A stretch of 64,000 nucleotides of DNA, taken from contig CALAGR010000207.1 in assembly GCA_937891735.1 (NCBI GenBank), positions 8,972 to 72,971 on the forward strand. Direction: 5' to 3'. Source of the stretch: an uncultured Pseudomonadota bacterium (GTDB taxonomy: Bacteria > Myxococcota_A > UBA796 > UBA9615). The notes beneath the pieces were generated by a model. The model saw nothing but the letters and a program-made list of their open reading frames with translations, was not told the DNA's origin and did not search any database. Shown piece by piece: positions 18,155-34,071 of the stretch. Every line of letters begins with the position of its first letter. The stretch's first letter is position 1. Position numbers and translations under genes: made by a program.

Positions 18155-18973
18155 ATGAACCGAACCCCCCGCGAGCCGATCACCCAGCGAGACGTCACCC
18201 GGCTGGAGTCTGGGCAGGGGCGGGCCCTGCTGGACGACGTCGTGGTGGAGGAGCCCTTGGAGATCCGCCTCGGGGACGAGCCCATCGCGGTGGTGATGCG
18301 CACCCCGGGGCACGACATGGAGCTGGCGGTGGGCTTCCTGTTCAGCGAGGGGATCCTGCGGGACCCGGACGATCTGCTGGCCGTGGAGTACTGCTCGGAC
18401 GTGACCGCGGACGCGGCCGGCAACGTGGTGCGGGTGATCGCTCCGAACGCGGACCGGGCGGCCGCCGAGAGCGCGCGCCGCGACATCTACGCGTCGTCGT
18501 CGTGCGGGCTGTGCGGCAAGACCACGCTGGACGCGATCCGGCTGCTCGCCCCGCCCCTGGCCCCGGCCCAGCCGGTGTCTGCGGCGCTGCTCGCCGGGCT
18601 CCCGGATCGTCTGATGGCGGAGCAGTCGGTGTTCACGCGCACGGGGGGCCTGCACGCCGCGGGCCTGTTCCGCGCCACTGGCGAGCTGGTCCTGGTGCGA
18701 GAGGACATCGGCCGCCACAACGCCTGCGACAAGATCCTGGGGGCCATGGCGATGCGGGAGCAGTGGCCGCTGCAGGGGTCGATCCTGATGCTCTCCGGGC
18801 GCGCGTCCTTCGAGATGGTCCAGAAGGCGGCGATGGCCGGCATCGGCACGGTGGTGGCGGTCTCGGCGCCCAGCTCGCTGGCGATCGACTACGCCCGCGA
18901 GGCGGGCATGACCCTCGTCGGCTTCCTGCGAGGCTCCACGATGAACGTGTATGCCGGAGAGGTGACGCGCTGA
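18155..18973 (+). CDS. fdhD: formate dehydrogenase accessory sulfurtransferase FdhD
   Basis: Motifs PLEIRLGDEPIAVVMRTPGHDMELAVGFLFSEGI and SSCGLCGK are present. ATG at 18155. Confidence 0.9.
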   Translation: MNRTPREPITQRDVTRLESGQGRALLDDVVVEEPLEIRLGDEPIAVVMRTPGHDMELAVGFLFSEGILRDPDDLLAVEYCSDVTADAAGNVVRVIAPNADRAAAESARRDIYASSSCGLCGKTTLDAIRLLAPPLAPAQPVSAALLAGLPDRLMAEQSVFTRTGGLHAAGLFRATGELVLVREDIGRHNACDKILGAMAMREQWPLQGSILMLSGRASFEMVQKAAMAGIGTVVAVSAPSSLAIDYAREAGMTLVGFLRGSTMNVYAGEVTR

Positions 18974-18998
18974 TGGATCCGGCGTCCCCGGACGGGAA

Positions 18999-20012
18999 CT
19001 ACCCGCCGATCTGGATCATGGTGCCTTCAAACGGGTTGCTGCCGTCCTCGCCGGTGATGTGGGCGATGGGCTTGCGCATGATCCCCGCGCGGATCGCCAG
19101 CTCCAGGTCGTCGTCCGAGCCCCCCGCGCGCATCACGTCGCGCACCGACACCATCTCGGGCTCGTAGGCGAGGCAGTTCTTGAGCCGCCCGTCCGACGTG
19201 ATCCGCACCCGGTTGCAGGCTTCGCAGAACTGCCGGGACAGCGCGCCGATGGCTCCCACCACCACCTTCGTGCCCGCCACGGCCCAGTAGTTCGCGGGGC
19301 CCGAGCCCTGGGGCCCCTGCACCGGCTGCAGCTCGTACCGCGCCTCCAGGCGGGCGCGGGTGTGCGACCAGGGCACGAGGTTGAAGCGGCTCTCGCCGAA
19401 GGGCATGTACTCGATGAACCGGATGGTCACGGGCAGGTGCGCGAAGCGCTCGACGAACGAGGTGACCTCCAGCTCGTTCATGCCCTCGCAGACCACCACG
19501 TTGAGCTTGAGAGGCAGCCAGTCCAGCGCCACCACCGCCTCGATGCCAGCGAGCACGTCGTCGAGTCGATCCACCCGGGCCAGCGCGATGAAGTGCTCCC
19601 GGTCGAGCGTGTCGATGCTGATGTTGAGGCGCGTGAGCCCCGCCTTCTTCAGGGCGGGCCCGATCTTCGCGAGGTTCCAGCCGTTGGTGGTCATGGAGAG
19701 GTCCCGCAGCAGGGGCAGCGCCCCCAGCCGGCCCACCAGCTCGAGGATGTCCTTGCGCACGGTGGGCTCGCCGCCCGTCAGACGGATCCGGTCGACCCCC
19801 ATCTCCGACAGCACCCGCCCCAGCCGCTCGATCTCCTCGAACGTCATCAGCTCGCTGCGCTCGGTGAACTCGATGCCCTCCTCGGGCATGCAGTACACGC
19901 AGCGGAAGTTGCAGCGATCCGTCACCGACAGGCGCACGTAGTGGATGCGCCGACCGAACGGATCGATGATCGCGCCCCGAGGCGGCCGCGGTGGTGGTGC
20001 TTGCTGGCCCAT
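18999..20012 (-). CDS. moaA: GTP 3',8-cyclase (radical SAM, molybdenum cofactor biosynthesis)
   Basis: Motif LSVTDRCNFRCVYCMPEEG (CX3CX2C) is present. The ATG at 20012 overlaps the upstream stop by 1 nt (TGATG). The longest ORF would start at 20051. Confidence 0.9.
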   Translation of the reverse strand: MGQQAPPPRPPRGAIIDPFGRRIHYVRLSVTDRCNFRCVYCMPEEGIEFTERSELMTFEEIERLGRVLSEMGVDRIRLTGGEPTVRKDILELVGRLGALPLLRDLSMTTNGWNLAKIGPALKKAGLTRLNISIDTLDREHFIALARVDRLDDVLAGIEAVVALDWLPLKLNVVVCEGMNELEVTSFVERFAHLPVTIRFIEYMPFGESRFNLVPWSHTRARLEARYELQPVQGPQGSGPANYWAVAGTKVVVGAIGALSRQFCEACNRVRITSDGRLKNCLAYEPEMVSVRDVMRAGGSDDDLELAIRAGIMRKPIAHITGEDGSNPFEGTMIQIGG

Positions 20013-21151
20013 CAACCGGGATCGATAGCCTGATCGAGGCTCTTCAGCCACTCTTGCATGCGGCCGGCCAGATCTCCGAAGGCCAGGCTCGCGTCCGACT
20101 CGGGGGCGTCGAGCAGCACCGGGCGTCCACTGTCACCGCCTTCGCGCACGCGACCATCCAAGGGGATCCGCCCCAGGAAGGGCACCCGCAGCCGGGCCGC
20201 TTCACGCTCCCCGCCGCCGTCCCCGAATGGATGGGACAGGGCGTCGCAGTCCGGGCAGCGCCAGCTCGCCATGTTCTCCACGAGGCCCAGGACCGGCACG
20301 TCCAGACGGCGAAACATCTCGAGTCCGCGGGCCGCGTCGATCAGCGCGATGTCCTGGGGGGTGGACACGATGATCGCCCCGTCGAGCACCGCCCGCTGCA
20401 CCAGGCTCAGCTGCACGTCGCCCGTGCCCGGGGGCAGGTCGATGATCAGCACGTCGAGCCCCGGCCAGGCCGTCTTCTGGAGCATGTCCCGGACCATGCG
20501 CTGCACGAGGGGCCCGCGCCACATCACCGACTTGTCCGGGTTCACCATCAGCCCGAGGGACAGGAAGGGCAGGCCGTGAGCGCTCGGCGGCTGGAACACC
20601 CCGTCGTCCCGGGTGGGCGCCGCGAAGGACCCCAGCATGGTGGGCATCGACGGTCCATACACGTCCGCGTCGAGCAGCCCGGTGCGCACTCCGCGCGCGG
20701 CCAGCGCCAGCGCCAGGTTCACCGCCACCGTGGACTTGCCGACCCCGCCCTTTCCCGACGCCACGGCGAGCACCCGCCGCGCACCCTGGACGGGCTCCGG
20801 GGTGGGGGTCCGTCCTCCCTCCTTGGGGCCGCTGATCCCTGGGCGCGAGCCGATCTCCTGAGGTCCCGCGCCCCGGGGCGCCATGCCCAGCCGACCCCGC
20901 GCGCGGTCCTTGGAGCCAGGCGCCGACACGGGCCGGGGGGCCAGCCACTGCAGATCCGCGTCGGCGGCTTCCGCTCCGAGCGCCGCCGCCAGCGCCGCCT
21001 CGAAGCGCAGCCGCTCGCTCCAGGACGCCGATGAGCGGCCGCGCAGCACGAACCCTCCGGCATCCCGGGGTGCGGCGGCGACCAGGTGGGCTTGCACCCC
21101 GGTGGCCTCGGCGGCGTCGAGCCAGGTGCGGCGGAGCTGATCGATGTTCAT
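20012..21151 (-). CDS. apbC: Mrp/ApbC-type iron-sulfur cluster carrier ATPase
   Basis: Motifs SGKGGVGKSTVAVNLA and WRCPDCDALSHPFG are present. Confidence 0.9.
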   Translation of the reverse strand: MNIDQLRRTWLDAAEATGVQAHLVAAAPRDAGGFVLRGRSSASWSERLRFEAALAAALGAEAADADLQWLAPRPVSAPGSKDRARGRLGMAPRGAGPQEIGSRPGISGPKEGGRTPTPEPVQGARRVLAVASGKGGVGKSTVAVNLALALAARGVRTGLLDADVYGPSMPTMLGSFAAPTRDDGVFQPPSAHGLPFLSLGLMVNPDKSVMWRGPLVQRMVRDMLQKTAWPGLDVLIIDLPPGTGDVQLSLVQRAVLDGAIIVSTPQDIALIDAARGLEMFRRLDVPVLGLVENMASWRCPDCDALSHPFGDGGGEREAARLRVPFLGRIPLDGRVREGGDSGRPVLLDAPESDASLAFGDLAGRMQEWLKSLDQAIDPG

Positions 21152-21164
21152 CGCGGAGGAACCC

Positions 21165-22406
21165 TCACGAGCCGCCGATCCCTGGGACCGCCTGGGCGTA
21201 TCCGGGCGTCGCGACGGGCAGCAGCTGCACGGTCACCTCGCTGCCCACGGGCAGGTGGGTCGCCTCGTCGGGCAGGGCGATCAGGCAGTTGGCGCGCATC
21301 AGGGAGCTCATCATCCCCGAGCCCTGGGGCCCGGTGGGCTCGACCACGTACCGGCCCGCCGCCACGTCCCACTCCACCACGCCGCGGTTGAGCAGCAGGA
21401 ACCCCGCGCGCTTGCGCAGATCCGCCTTCAGGAGCGCCGTCCGGGTGGGCAGGAACAGGTCGGGCCGGCCCTGCAGCTTGAGCAGCGCAGGCCGCACGTA
21501 CTCATAGAAGGACACCAGGCACGACACGGGGTTTCCCGGCAGCCCGAACCACCAGGCGGAGCCCAGGCGCCCGAACGCGTTCGGCTTGCCCGGGCGCACG
21601 CGCACCTTCCAGAACTCCTGGCTCCCGCCGCGCTCGTCGATGGCGGCCTTCACGAAGTCGAACTCCCCGACCGACACGCCGCCGATGGTGAGCAGCACGT
21701 CGGCCTGCCCGATGCCATCCAGCGCGCGGCGCAGGGAGTCGGGATCGTCCCGGGCGATCCCGAGCATGCGCGGCTCGGCGCCCGCGGACCGCACCGCGGC
21801 CTCCAGCGCGTGGGAGTTGCTGCTCCAGATGTGGCCCTCGGGGAGCGGATCACCTGGCTCGTGCACCTCGTCGCCGGTCGCCAGGATCGCGACCACGGGC
21901 CGCCGCGCCACGTCGAGCCAGGTCATGCCCTGTCCGGCGAGCACCCCGATGGCGGCGGGGCTCACCACCGCACCGGAGGCCAGCAGGGCCGCCCCTTCGG
22001 CGATGTCCTCGCCCCGCAGGCGGACGTTGGCGCCCAGGGAGCCGGCCTTCACGATCCGGACGAGGTCGCCGTCGCGCTCGGTGTTCTCCTGGGGCACGAC
22101 GAGGTCGGCGCCGGGGGGAACGGGCGATCCGGTGAAGATCCGCGCCGCCTCACCGGGCACGACCGTCCTCTCGGGGCGGCCGCCGGCGGGAATCAGCTGG
22201 GTGACGCGGAGAGGCTCGCCCTGATCGGCGTGCCGCAGCGCGTAGCCGTCCATGGCGGAGTTGTCCTCGGGAGGCACCGCATACCGGGCGACCACCGGCA
22301 CGGCGACCACCCGTCCCAGGGCTTCTTTGAGCGGAACCCGCTCGACGCCGAGGGCCTCGAGGCCGCCCAGGATCCGGTCCAGGGCTTCGGTATAGGTGAG
22401 CAGCAC
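21165..22406 (-). CDS. moeA: molybdopterin molybdenumtransferase
   Basis: The N-terminus LLTYTEALDRI...PPEDNSAMDGYALR is MoeA-like. GTG start at 22406. The 750-aa ORF in the track is upstream read-through. Confidence 0.9.
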   Translation of the reverse strand: MLLTYTEALDRILGGLEALGVERVPLKEALGRVVAVPVVARYAVPPEDNSAMDGYALRHADQGEPLRVTQLIPAGGRPERTVVPGEAARIFTGSPVPPGADLVVPQENTERDGDLVRIVKAGSLGANVRLRGEDIAEGAALLASGAVVSPAAIGVLAGQGMTWLDVARRPVVAILATGDEVHEPGDPLPEGHIWSSNSHALEAAVRSAGAEPRMLGIARDDPDSLRRALDGIGQADVLLTIGGVSVGEFDFVKAAIDERGGSQEFWKVRVRPGKPNAFGRLGSAWWFGLPGNPVSCLVSFYEYVRPALLKLQGRPDLFLPTRTALLKADLRKRAGFLLLNRGVVEWDVAAGRYVVEPTGPQGSGMMSSLMRANCLIALPDEATHLPVGSEVTVQLLPVATPGYAQAVPGIGGS

Positions 22407-22481
22407 GTTCTCTCCGGTTCGGGGTGGCGAAGGATAGACCCGTTTGCCTGTGTGGGACCGACGCTGCGACAATGATCCCGC

Positions 22482-23348
22482 GTGTCCCTCCGACCCTCCC
22501 TGCTGGCCTTCTTCCTCGCCGCCCTGGCGCTGCCCGTCGTGGCCCAGGGGGCTGGCTCCACGGACATCGTGATGGCCGGCCTGGAGAAGGTGGAGCCCGC
22601 GCGGCGGCAGGCCCGCTTCGACTTCGTCGTGCGGGAGCTCGCCATGGCGATGCTGGCTCCGCCCAACCACGCGGTCGCCGCGATGGGGCTGTACGAGGCC
22701 GAGCTGGCCTTCGACAACCGGGTGGCGTTCATCCACACCTCGGCCGCCAGCGGCGAGCAGAGCTCCCCCTGGGAGGAGCTCACGGAGAGCGGTGAGCCCA
22801 GCCAGGTGGTGTTCATGCCGTCCATCACCGTGCGCAAGGGCCTGCCCTGGTCGTTCGAGGTGGGCGGCGACGTCGGCTGGTACAGCGGTGGGCGGCAGTT
22901 CCTGGTGGGCGGCTTCGGCCGCTGGGTGCCGTTCGGCAACTGGGACAAGGTCCCCGACATCGGCGTGGGGGTGGGCTACCGCGGCCTCGTCGGCAACGAT
23001 CAGCTCGAGCTGGGCGTGTTCCACGTCGATCTGAGCATCGGCTACAGCTTCGCCATCGACAGCCGCTCGACCCGCCCGGGGACGCACTTCTCGCCCTACG
23101 CCGGCTACCAGTTCCTGCAGTCCCACGCGCGCCCCGGCGTGACCGTGGACCAGGTGCATGCGGTCAGCGGCTGGGCGAACAGCGCAGGCCGCGGAGTGGA
23201 TCCCCGGTCCTTCCAGTTCCAGCGCGGCTTCATCGGGATGGAGGTGCGCAGCGGCTCGTTCTCGTTCCGCATCGCGGGCAGCGCGACCTTCCCGCGGAAG
23301 GCGCCGGTGGTGGCCGGGCTCGACGTGTCGATCGGACTGCGTTTCTGA
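22482..23348 (+). CDS. outer-membrane beta-barrel protein (hypothetical)
   Basis: Signal peptide MSLRPSLLAFFLAALALPVVAQG is present. Aromatic and Gly-rich strands alternate, and the protein ends in the C-terminal signature SIGLRF. Confidence 0.6.
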   Translation: MSLRPSLLAFFLAALALPVVAQGAGSTDIVMAGLEKVEPARRQARFDFVVRELAMAMLAPPNHAVAAMGLYEAELAFDNRVAFIHTSAASGEQSSPWEELTESGEPSQVVFMPSITVRKGLPWSFEVGGDVGWYSGGRQFLVGGFGRWVPFGNWDKVPDIGVGVGYRGLVGNDQLELGVFHVDLSIGYSFAIDSRSTRPGTHFSPYAGYQFLQSHARPGVTVDQVHAVSGWANSAGRGVDPRSFQFQRGFIGMEVRSGSFSFRIAGSATFPRKAPVVAGLDVSIGLRF

Positions 23349-23367
23349 GCCGTCGGGCTCCTCGCCG

Positions 23368-24126
23368 TCAGAGCCGTCCAGCGAACGGATCGATCTCGTC
23401 CACCACCCGCAGGGCAACGTCGGGGAAGTCGGTGATGAGGGCGTTCACCCGCATGCCGATCAGCTCGCGCATCCGACTCTCCTCATTGACCGTCCACGTG
23501 TTGACGGCCAGCCCGCGCAGATGTGCCTTGCGAACGACGTCCGCGGTGACGACTCTGTGGCTCGGGTGGAGCGCGTACACCGACAGGAACGGGGCGAGCC
23601 ACGGTCGGCGAAGCAGGCGGTCCCGTAGCCCGGGGCCATCGCTCGGGTACACGAGCGACAAGGGCACGGTGCTGGCCAGCTTCATCCGCAACAACGAGCC
23701 GGGGTTGAACGAGCTGACGATGCACTCCGAGGACAGGGCCATCCGGTCGATCAGCGCCGCCAGGGCGTTCGCGGTGCCGTCGCCCCGCGCCGAGTCCTCC
23801 TTGACCTCGATGTTGAGGCGCACGCGGTCCCGGAACACCTCCACCACCTCCTCGAGCAGCGGGATGGGCTCTCCCGCGAACGCATCGCTGAAGTGGGAGC
23901 CCACGTCCACCTGCCGGAGCGCGCTCCACGGCATGGTCGTGACGTCTTCGTCGATGCCCGCCAGCCGCTTCAGGGTCCGGTCGTGGAAGACCACGAGCTC
24001 GCCGCTCGCGCACAACCGCACGTCCAGCTCGAACCACGGCACCCCGAGGGCGGCAGCGTTGTGAAAGGCCGCCATGGTGTTCTCGGGAGCGAGGCCGCCC
24101 CCTCCGCGGTGGGCCTGCACCTGCAC
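23368..24126 (-). CDS. glycerophosphodiester phosphodiesterase
   Basis: The GDPD motif VQAHRGGGGLAPENT...FELDVRL is present. GTG at 24126 (or 24120) gives a typical ~250-aa protein. Longer starts at 24216, 24225 or 24294 are possible. Confidence 0.8.
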   Translation of the reverse strand: MQVQAHRGGGGLAPENTMAAFHNAAALGVPWFELDVRLCASGELVVFHDRTLKRLAGIDEDVTTMPWSALRQVDVGSHFSDAFAGEPIPLLEEVVEVFRDRVRLNIEVKEDSARGDGTANALAALIDRMALSSECIVSSFNPGSLLRMKLASTVPLSLVYPSDGPGLRDRLLRRPWLAPFLSVYALHPSHRVVTADVVRKAHLRGLAVNTWTVNEESRMRELIGMRVNALITDFPDVALRVVDEIDPFAGRL

Positions 24127-27069
24127 GTAGGGCGCGCGCTTCGGCGCCTCCTTGGCGCTCGGCGTGGAGGCCCGTCCCGGCTTGCGGGCGATCTCGGTGG
24201 GGGTGTCGGTGCTCACGCCGCGCACGGTAGCGCCATCGCCCTGGGTCTGGCGCTGGTCTGCGCCCTGCTGACGGTGTCGGGGCGGGCGGCGCAAGCCCAG
24301 TCAACGCCTGCGTGGTCGGTCGAGATCGACGCCCGCGTGTCTCCGGCAGACCGCCGCATCGTGGGCACGACGACCCTGACCCTGAGCAACCCCACCAGCG
24401 CAGCGTTGTCTGAGATCCGGATCTTCCGCTATCCGGATCACTACGACGACCGCCCCGCCCTCGATGACCTGCTGTGGGAGCGGGTGTATCCGGCCCTGTG
24501 GGAGCCGGGCCGCCTGGAGATCGGGCTCGTTCAGGTCGAGGAGGCCTCGGGCGTTCGCACCTCCACCGAGGCGCTGCCCGTCGATGGCGCGGTCGTGCCC
24601 ATCAGCCGGATCTCGCTGCCCTCACCCCTTCAGCCCGGGGCCGCGGTGCGGGTGGTGATCCCGTTCGTGACCTCGATCCCCCGCAAGTACGGCACCTTCG
24701 GCGAGTTCCGAGGGGTGCTGACCGCGAGCGGGGGATGGCACCCCCTGCCGGTGGCGCTGACCGACAGCGGCGAGTGGCTGCACGACGCGCTGCCGCCGCC
24801 GGCCACCTGGGACGTGCGGCTGGACGTGCCCCGGACCTCCGGCGTGATCCTGGGGGACGGTGTGCTGCCCCCGGACTCGGGATCCACCGCGGGCACCGGC
24901 GGCGGCGCGGGCTGGGTCGGCACCTCCAGCCACCAGAGCGTGCCCCCGGACGCCTTCGTGCCCGACGCGGGGCGGGCCCTGGAGGTGATCGAGCAGGGTC
25001 CCGACCGCAGCGTGCGGTACCGCGCCGTCGGGGACCGCTTCGTGGGGCTCACGACCCGAACGTCCTTTCACCAGCGCAACATCCCCCTGGAGGACGGCAG
25101 CACGCTGACCTTCGTGGGACGGCCCCTGGGGCAGGCCCAGGTCCGGTGGCTCAAGGGCGCGGCGGAGTCTTCGCGGCGCACCCTGGTGGAGCTGGGGGTG
25201 CCCATCGAGCCTGCAGGGCTCCTGCTGATCGAGGCGCCGCTGCGCCGCAAGCTGGTCGAGCTCGGGGACCACTCCCTGTACGTGTCGGACCGCTTCCTGG
25301 AGGCGGACTTCCTCTTCTGGCGCTACCACGACGTGCACCTCGCCCGGGCCATCCTCGCGCTGGAGCTGGAGCCCGGCGTGCTCGCCCGCGAGGCGCCGAG
25401 GCAGGCGGACCTGACCCTGCACGGGGTGTCCTGGGCCCTCGTCGAGGACTACCTGCGCACCCGCTGGCGCAACCACACCAACCTGCGTCGCCTCCTGCAG
25501 CGCTTCTCGTTCTTTCCCCAGGTCTCCTCCCTGCTGGAGACGCCGGCGTTTCCCTTCGCGGACCAGGTCTTCGACAACCCGTGGATCGTCGATCCCCTCC
25601 AGGCGGATCTGCGGCGGTTCAACCGGCCGCTGCGCTCGGGGCGCGCGCTGTTCTTGCGCCTCGCGGACCGGATGGGCCCGGAGACCCTGCGGCAGGTCGT
25701 GCTGCGGTACCTGCGTCACAGGCCCGACGATGGGGGGGAGACGGACTTCCTGAGCCTTGCCCTCGTGGCATCCGGCCAGGAGGTGGCCGCGTTTGCCGCC
25801 GCCTGGCGGGGCGACGTGCCCCGGGTGGACCTCTCCCTGGGCAAGGTCCTGCGGGCGCGCACCGAGGATGGTCTGCATCGCACGACGATCACGGTGCGCC
25901 GGCGCGAGCTGGAGGGGGTCGCTCCCGACGAGGTGGTCGAGATCCGCCTGCGCCCCGCCGGTCCGCGCCACCGGGGGGAGGTCTGGCTGCACTGGAACGG
26001 GCGGGAGGAGGTCGCCACCTGGGACGTGATCACGAAGCGCCGCATGGCGGTGGTGGAGGTCGATCCACGAGGCCGCCTGCTCGAGATGGACGCCCACGGA
26101 CTGAGCCTGAAGCAGGACAACCGGGCCCCGGTCCCGCTCCTCGTCAGCGGCTTCGGGTACGCGGGTCTGGCCCTCACCGGACAGGGCTTCGAGGCATACG
26201 GGCTCCTCAACGTGCGGCCCCGGCACAACGCGCGGGAGCAGGTGAACCTGCGGGCGTTCACCAACGTGCAGGCCGTCGCTGGCGCCTCCCTCTCCTACGC
26301 CCACTTCTTCGGCCCGCCCCGGTGGGGGCTCTCCCTGCGGCACCGGCTCGTCTTCACCACGGACGTGGTGTGGTTGAGCCAGCGCTTTCGGTCGACCGAC
26401 GCCCCGGTGCTGGCGGAGTTCTCGGCCGGGTACGTGTTCGAGAGCCGCTCGGACAGCTTCATGCCCAGCCGCGGCGGGCGCTTCTCGGTCACCGGCACCT
26501 GGGGCAAGGACTTCACGCCCTCCAACGACGGCGCGCGACCGATCCGGGACGCCGGCTTCATCGGCGTCGATGTGAAGGCGATCCGCCTGCTCCGTCTGCA
26601 CCCCTTCCACGTGCTCGCGCTCAAGGCCCAGGCGGGCTTCGTGGTCGGCAACGTGCAGCACAGCCAGTTCACGGTGGGCGGGAGCCGGGACCTGCGCGGC
26701 ATCCCCGAGTCCCACCTGCTCTCTCCGGGTCGCATCATGGGCGCGGTGGAGTGGCGGCACTTCTTCTTCAAGGACGCAGACCTGCCCAACGTCCTGCACC
26801 GGGTGCGCGCGTTGCAGGGCGCCCTGTTCGTGGAAGGCGCCCTCGCGGCGAGGTCCTTGTCTGTCGCGCCCACGACGGACGAGCTGCACATCTCCATCGG
26901 GTACGGCTTTCGCTGGTTCCTGGACTGGTTCGGAGTCCTGCCAGGCGCCTGGGGCATGGACTTCGCGTGGTCGCCTGGAGCGCCGAAGGGGCTGCTGCCG
27001 ATCGGCCTGCCGGGTGAGTGGCCCGAGGTGCCATTTCAGGTCTACTTCGTCGGATCCCAGAGCTTCTGA
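24109..27069 (+). CDS. Omp85/BamA-family outer-membrane protein with a large uncharacterised N-terminal region
   Basis: The C-terminal ~330 aa look like a surface-antigen (D15) barrel (GGSRDLRGI..., ISIGYGFRW, terminal SQSF). A signal-like segment IALGLALVCALLTVSGRAAQA is present. The only canonical in-frame start upstream of it is the GTG at 24109. Confidence 0.7.
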   Translation: MGLHLHVGRALRRLLGARRGGPSRLAGDLGGGVGAHAAHGSAIALGLALVCALLTVSGRAAQAQSTPAWSVEIDARVSPADRRIVGTTTLTLSNPTSAALSEIRIFRYPDHYDDRPALDDLLWERVYPALWEPGRLEIGLVQVEEASGVRTSTEALPVDGAVVPISRISLPSPLQPGAAVRVVIPFVTSIPRKYGTFGEFRGVLTASGGWHPLPVALTDSGEWLHDALPPPATWDVRLDVPRTSGVILGDGVLPPDSGSTAGTGGGAGWVGTSSHQSVPPDAFVPDAGRALEVIEQGPDRSVRYRAVGDRFVGLTTRTSFHQRNIPLEDGSTLTFVGRPLGQAQVRWLKGAAESSRRTLVELGVPIEPAGLLLIEAPLRRKLVELGDHSLYVSDRFLEADFLFWRYHDVHLARAILALELEPGVLAREAPRQADLTLHGVSWALVEDYLRTRWRNHTNLRRLLQRFSFFPQVSSLLETPAFPFADQVFDNPWIVDPLQADLRRFNRPLRSGRALFLRLADRMGPETLRQVVLRYLRHRPDDGGETDFLSLALVASGQEVAAFAAAWRGDVPRVDLSLGKVLRARTEDGLHRTTITVRRRELEGVAPDEVVEIRLRPAGPRHRGEVWLHWNGREEVATWDVITKRRMAVVEVDPRGRLLEMDAHGLSLKQDNRAPVPLLVSGFGYAGLALTGQGFEAYGLLNVRPRHNAREQVNLRAFTNVQAVAGASLSYAHFFGPPRWGLSLRHRLVFTTDVVWLSQRFRSTDAPVLAEFSAGYVFESRSDSFMPSRGGRFSVTGTWGKDFTPSNDGARPIRDAGFIGVDVKAIRLLRLHPFHVLALKAQAGFVVGNVQHSQFTVGGSRDLRGIPESHLLSPGRIMGAVEWRHFFFKDADLPNVLHRVRALQGALFVEGALAARSLSVAPTTDELHISIGYGFRWFLDWFGVLPGAWGMDFAWSPGAPKGLLPIGLPGEWPEVPFQVYFVGSQSF

Positions 27070-27674
27070 TGACCCGCTCCGCCCTGCCGCTGCTCCTCGC
27101 CTGCCTTGTGGCCACGGCGGGCTGCGCCACGGTCCGCCGGGCGGGGAAGCCGAAGCCGCCTGACCCGATCGAGCGGGTGCTCGCCGCGGCCTCGGCGCTT
27201 CTGGGCGAGCGCACCATCACCGTGGACGGGCGGACGTTCCGGTCGGACTGCAGCGGCTTCGTGACCGGCGCGTTCCACGCCATCGGCGTTGACCTGGTGG
27301 ACCCGGGGACCACCGGCGCTTCCGGGACCGAGCTGATCTACCGGAGCATGAAGTCCAGTAGCCGCCTCCGGCGCGACGCGCAGCTGAAGCCCGGGGACCT
27401 CCTCATCTTCCACAACACCTGGGACCGGAACGGAAACGGCCTGCGGGACGACCGGTTCACCCACGTCGGGCTGGTGGAGGTGGTGGAGCGCGATGGCCGT
27501 GCCCGTTTTCTGCACTTCGGGTCCGGAAGGGTCAAACGGGACTACATCCACCTGGGCCACCCCGACGTCCTTCGGGACCCGGAGTCGGGACGGGAATGGA
27601 ACTCGCACCTTCGCCGCGGCGCAGGGAAAACTCTCGCCGGCCAGCTCTTCTTCCGGTCCGCCCGCCCCCTCTGA
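27069..27674 (+). CDS. NlpC/P60 (C40) cell-wall peptidase lipoprotein
   Basis: Lipobox LLLACLVATAGC, catalytic Cys motif DCSGFVTGAF and His in FTHVGLV are present. The ATG overlaps the upstream stop (TGATG). Confidence 0.8.
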   Translation: MTRSALPLLLACLVATAGCATVRRAGKPKPPDPIERVLAAASALLGERTITVDGRTFRSDCSGFVTGAFHAIGVDLVDPGTTGASGTELIYRSMKSSSRLRRDAQLKPGDLLIFHNTWDRNGNGLRDDRFTHVGLVEVVERDGRARFLHFGSGRVKRDYIHLGHPDVLRDPESGREWNSHLRRGAGKTLAGQLFFRSARPL

Positions 27675-27862
27675 GATGCCGCTGCCGCGGGCTTGTTTGC
27701 GACGGACAACGAACCCAAGGGCAGCGTTACGCCTGGGGTGAATCGGCGCCCCCGCTAGATCACCAGCCCTGGTGTGGGGTATGAGTGCTTCGATTCCCGC
27801 CTTGACCAGTGCCATTCGGCTGGGGGAGTCGAGCCTGAAACCGAGGCGGGTGGAGGATTTCG

Positions 27863-34051
<6,189 letters not shown>

Positions 34052-34071
34052 ACGCTCCAGACGCTGTGTGA

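Noticed and set aside
22407-22481. I looked for riboswitches: Moco upstream of moeA/moaA, TPP upstream of thiE and cobalamin upstream of the TonB-dependent receptor or kinase (58702-58853).
   Set aside because: The moeA leader is only 75 nt. thiE overlaps the preceding gene. The 152-nt kinase leader has no B12-box-like sequence that I can recognise.
24736-24750. TGGCAC at 24736-24741 is followed by a GC, resembling a sigma-54 -24/-12 element. A similar weak TGG...TGC match lies at about 27770-27795, upstream of giant gene 1.
   Set aside because: The first lies inside coding sequence with the GC dinucleotide 2 nt out of register. The second has its GG-to-GC spacing one base short. Neither fits TGGCAC-N5-TTGC.
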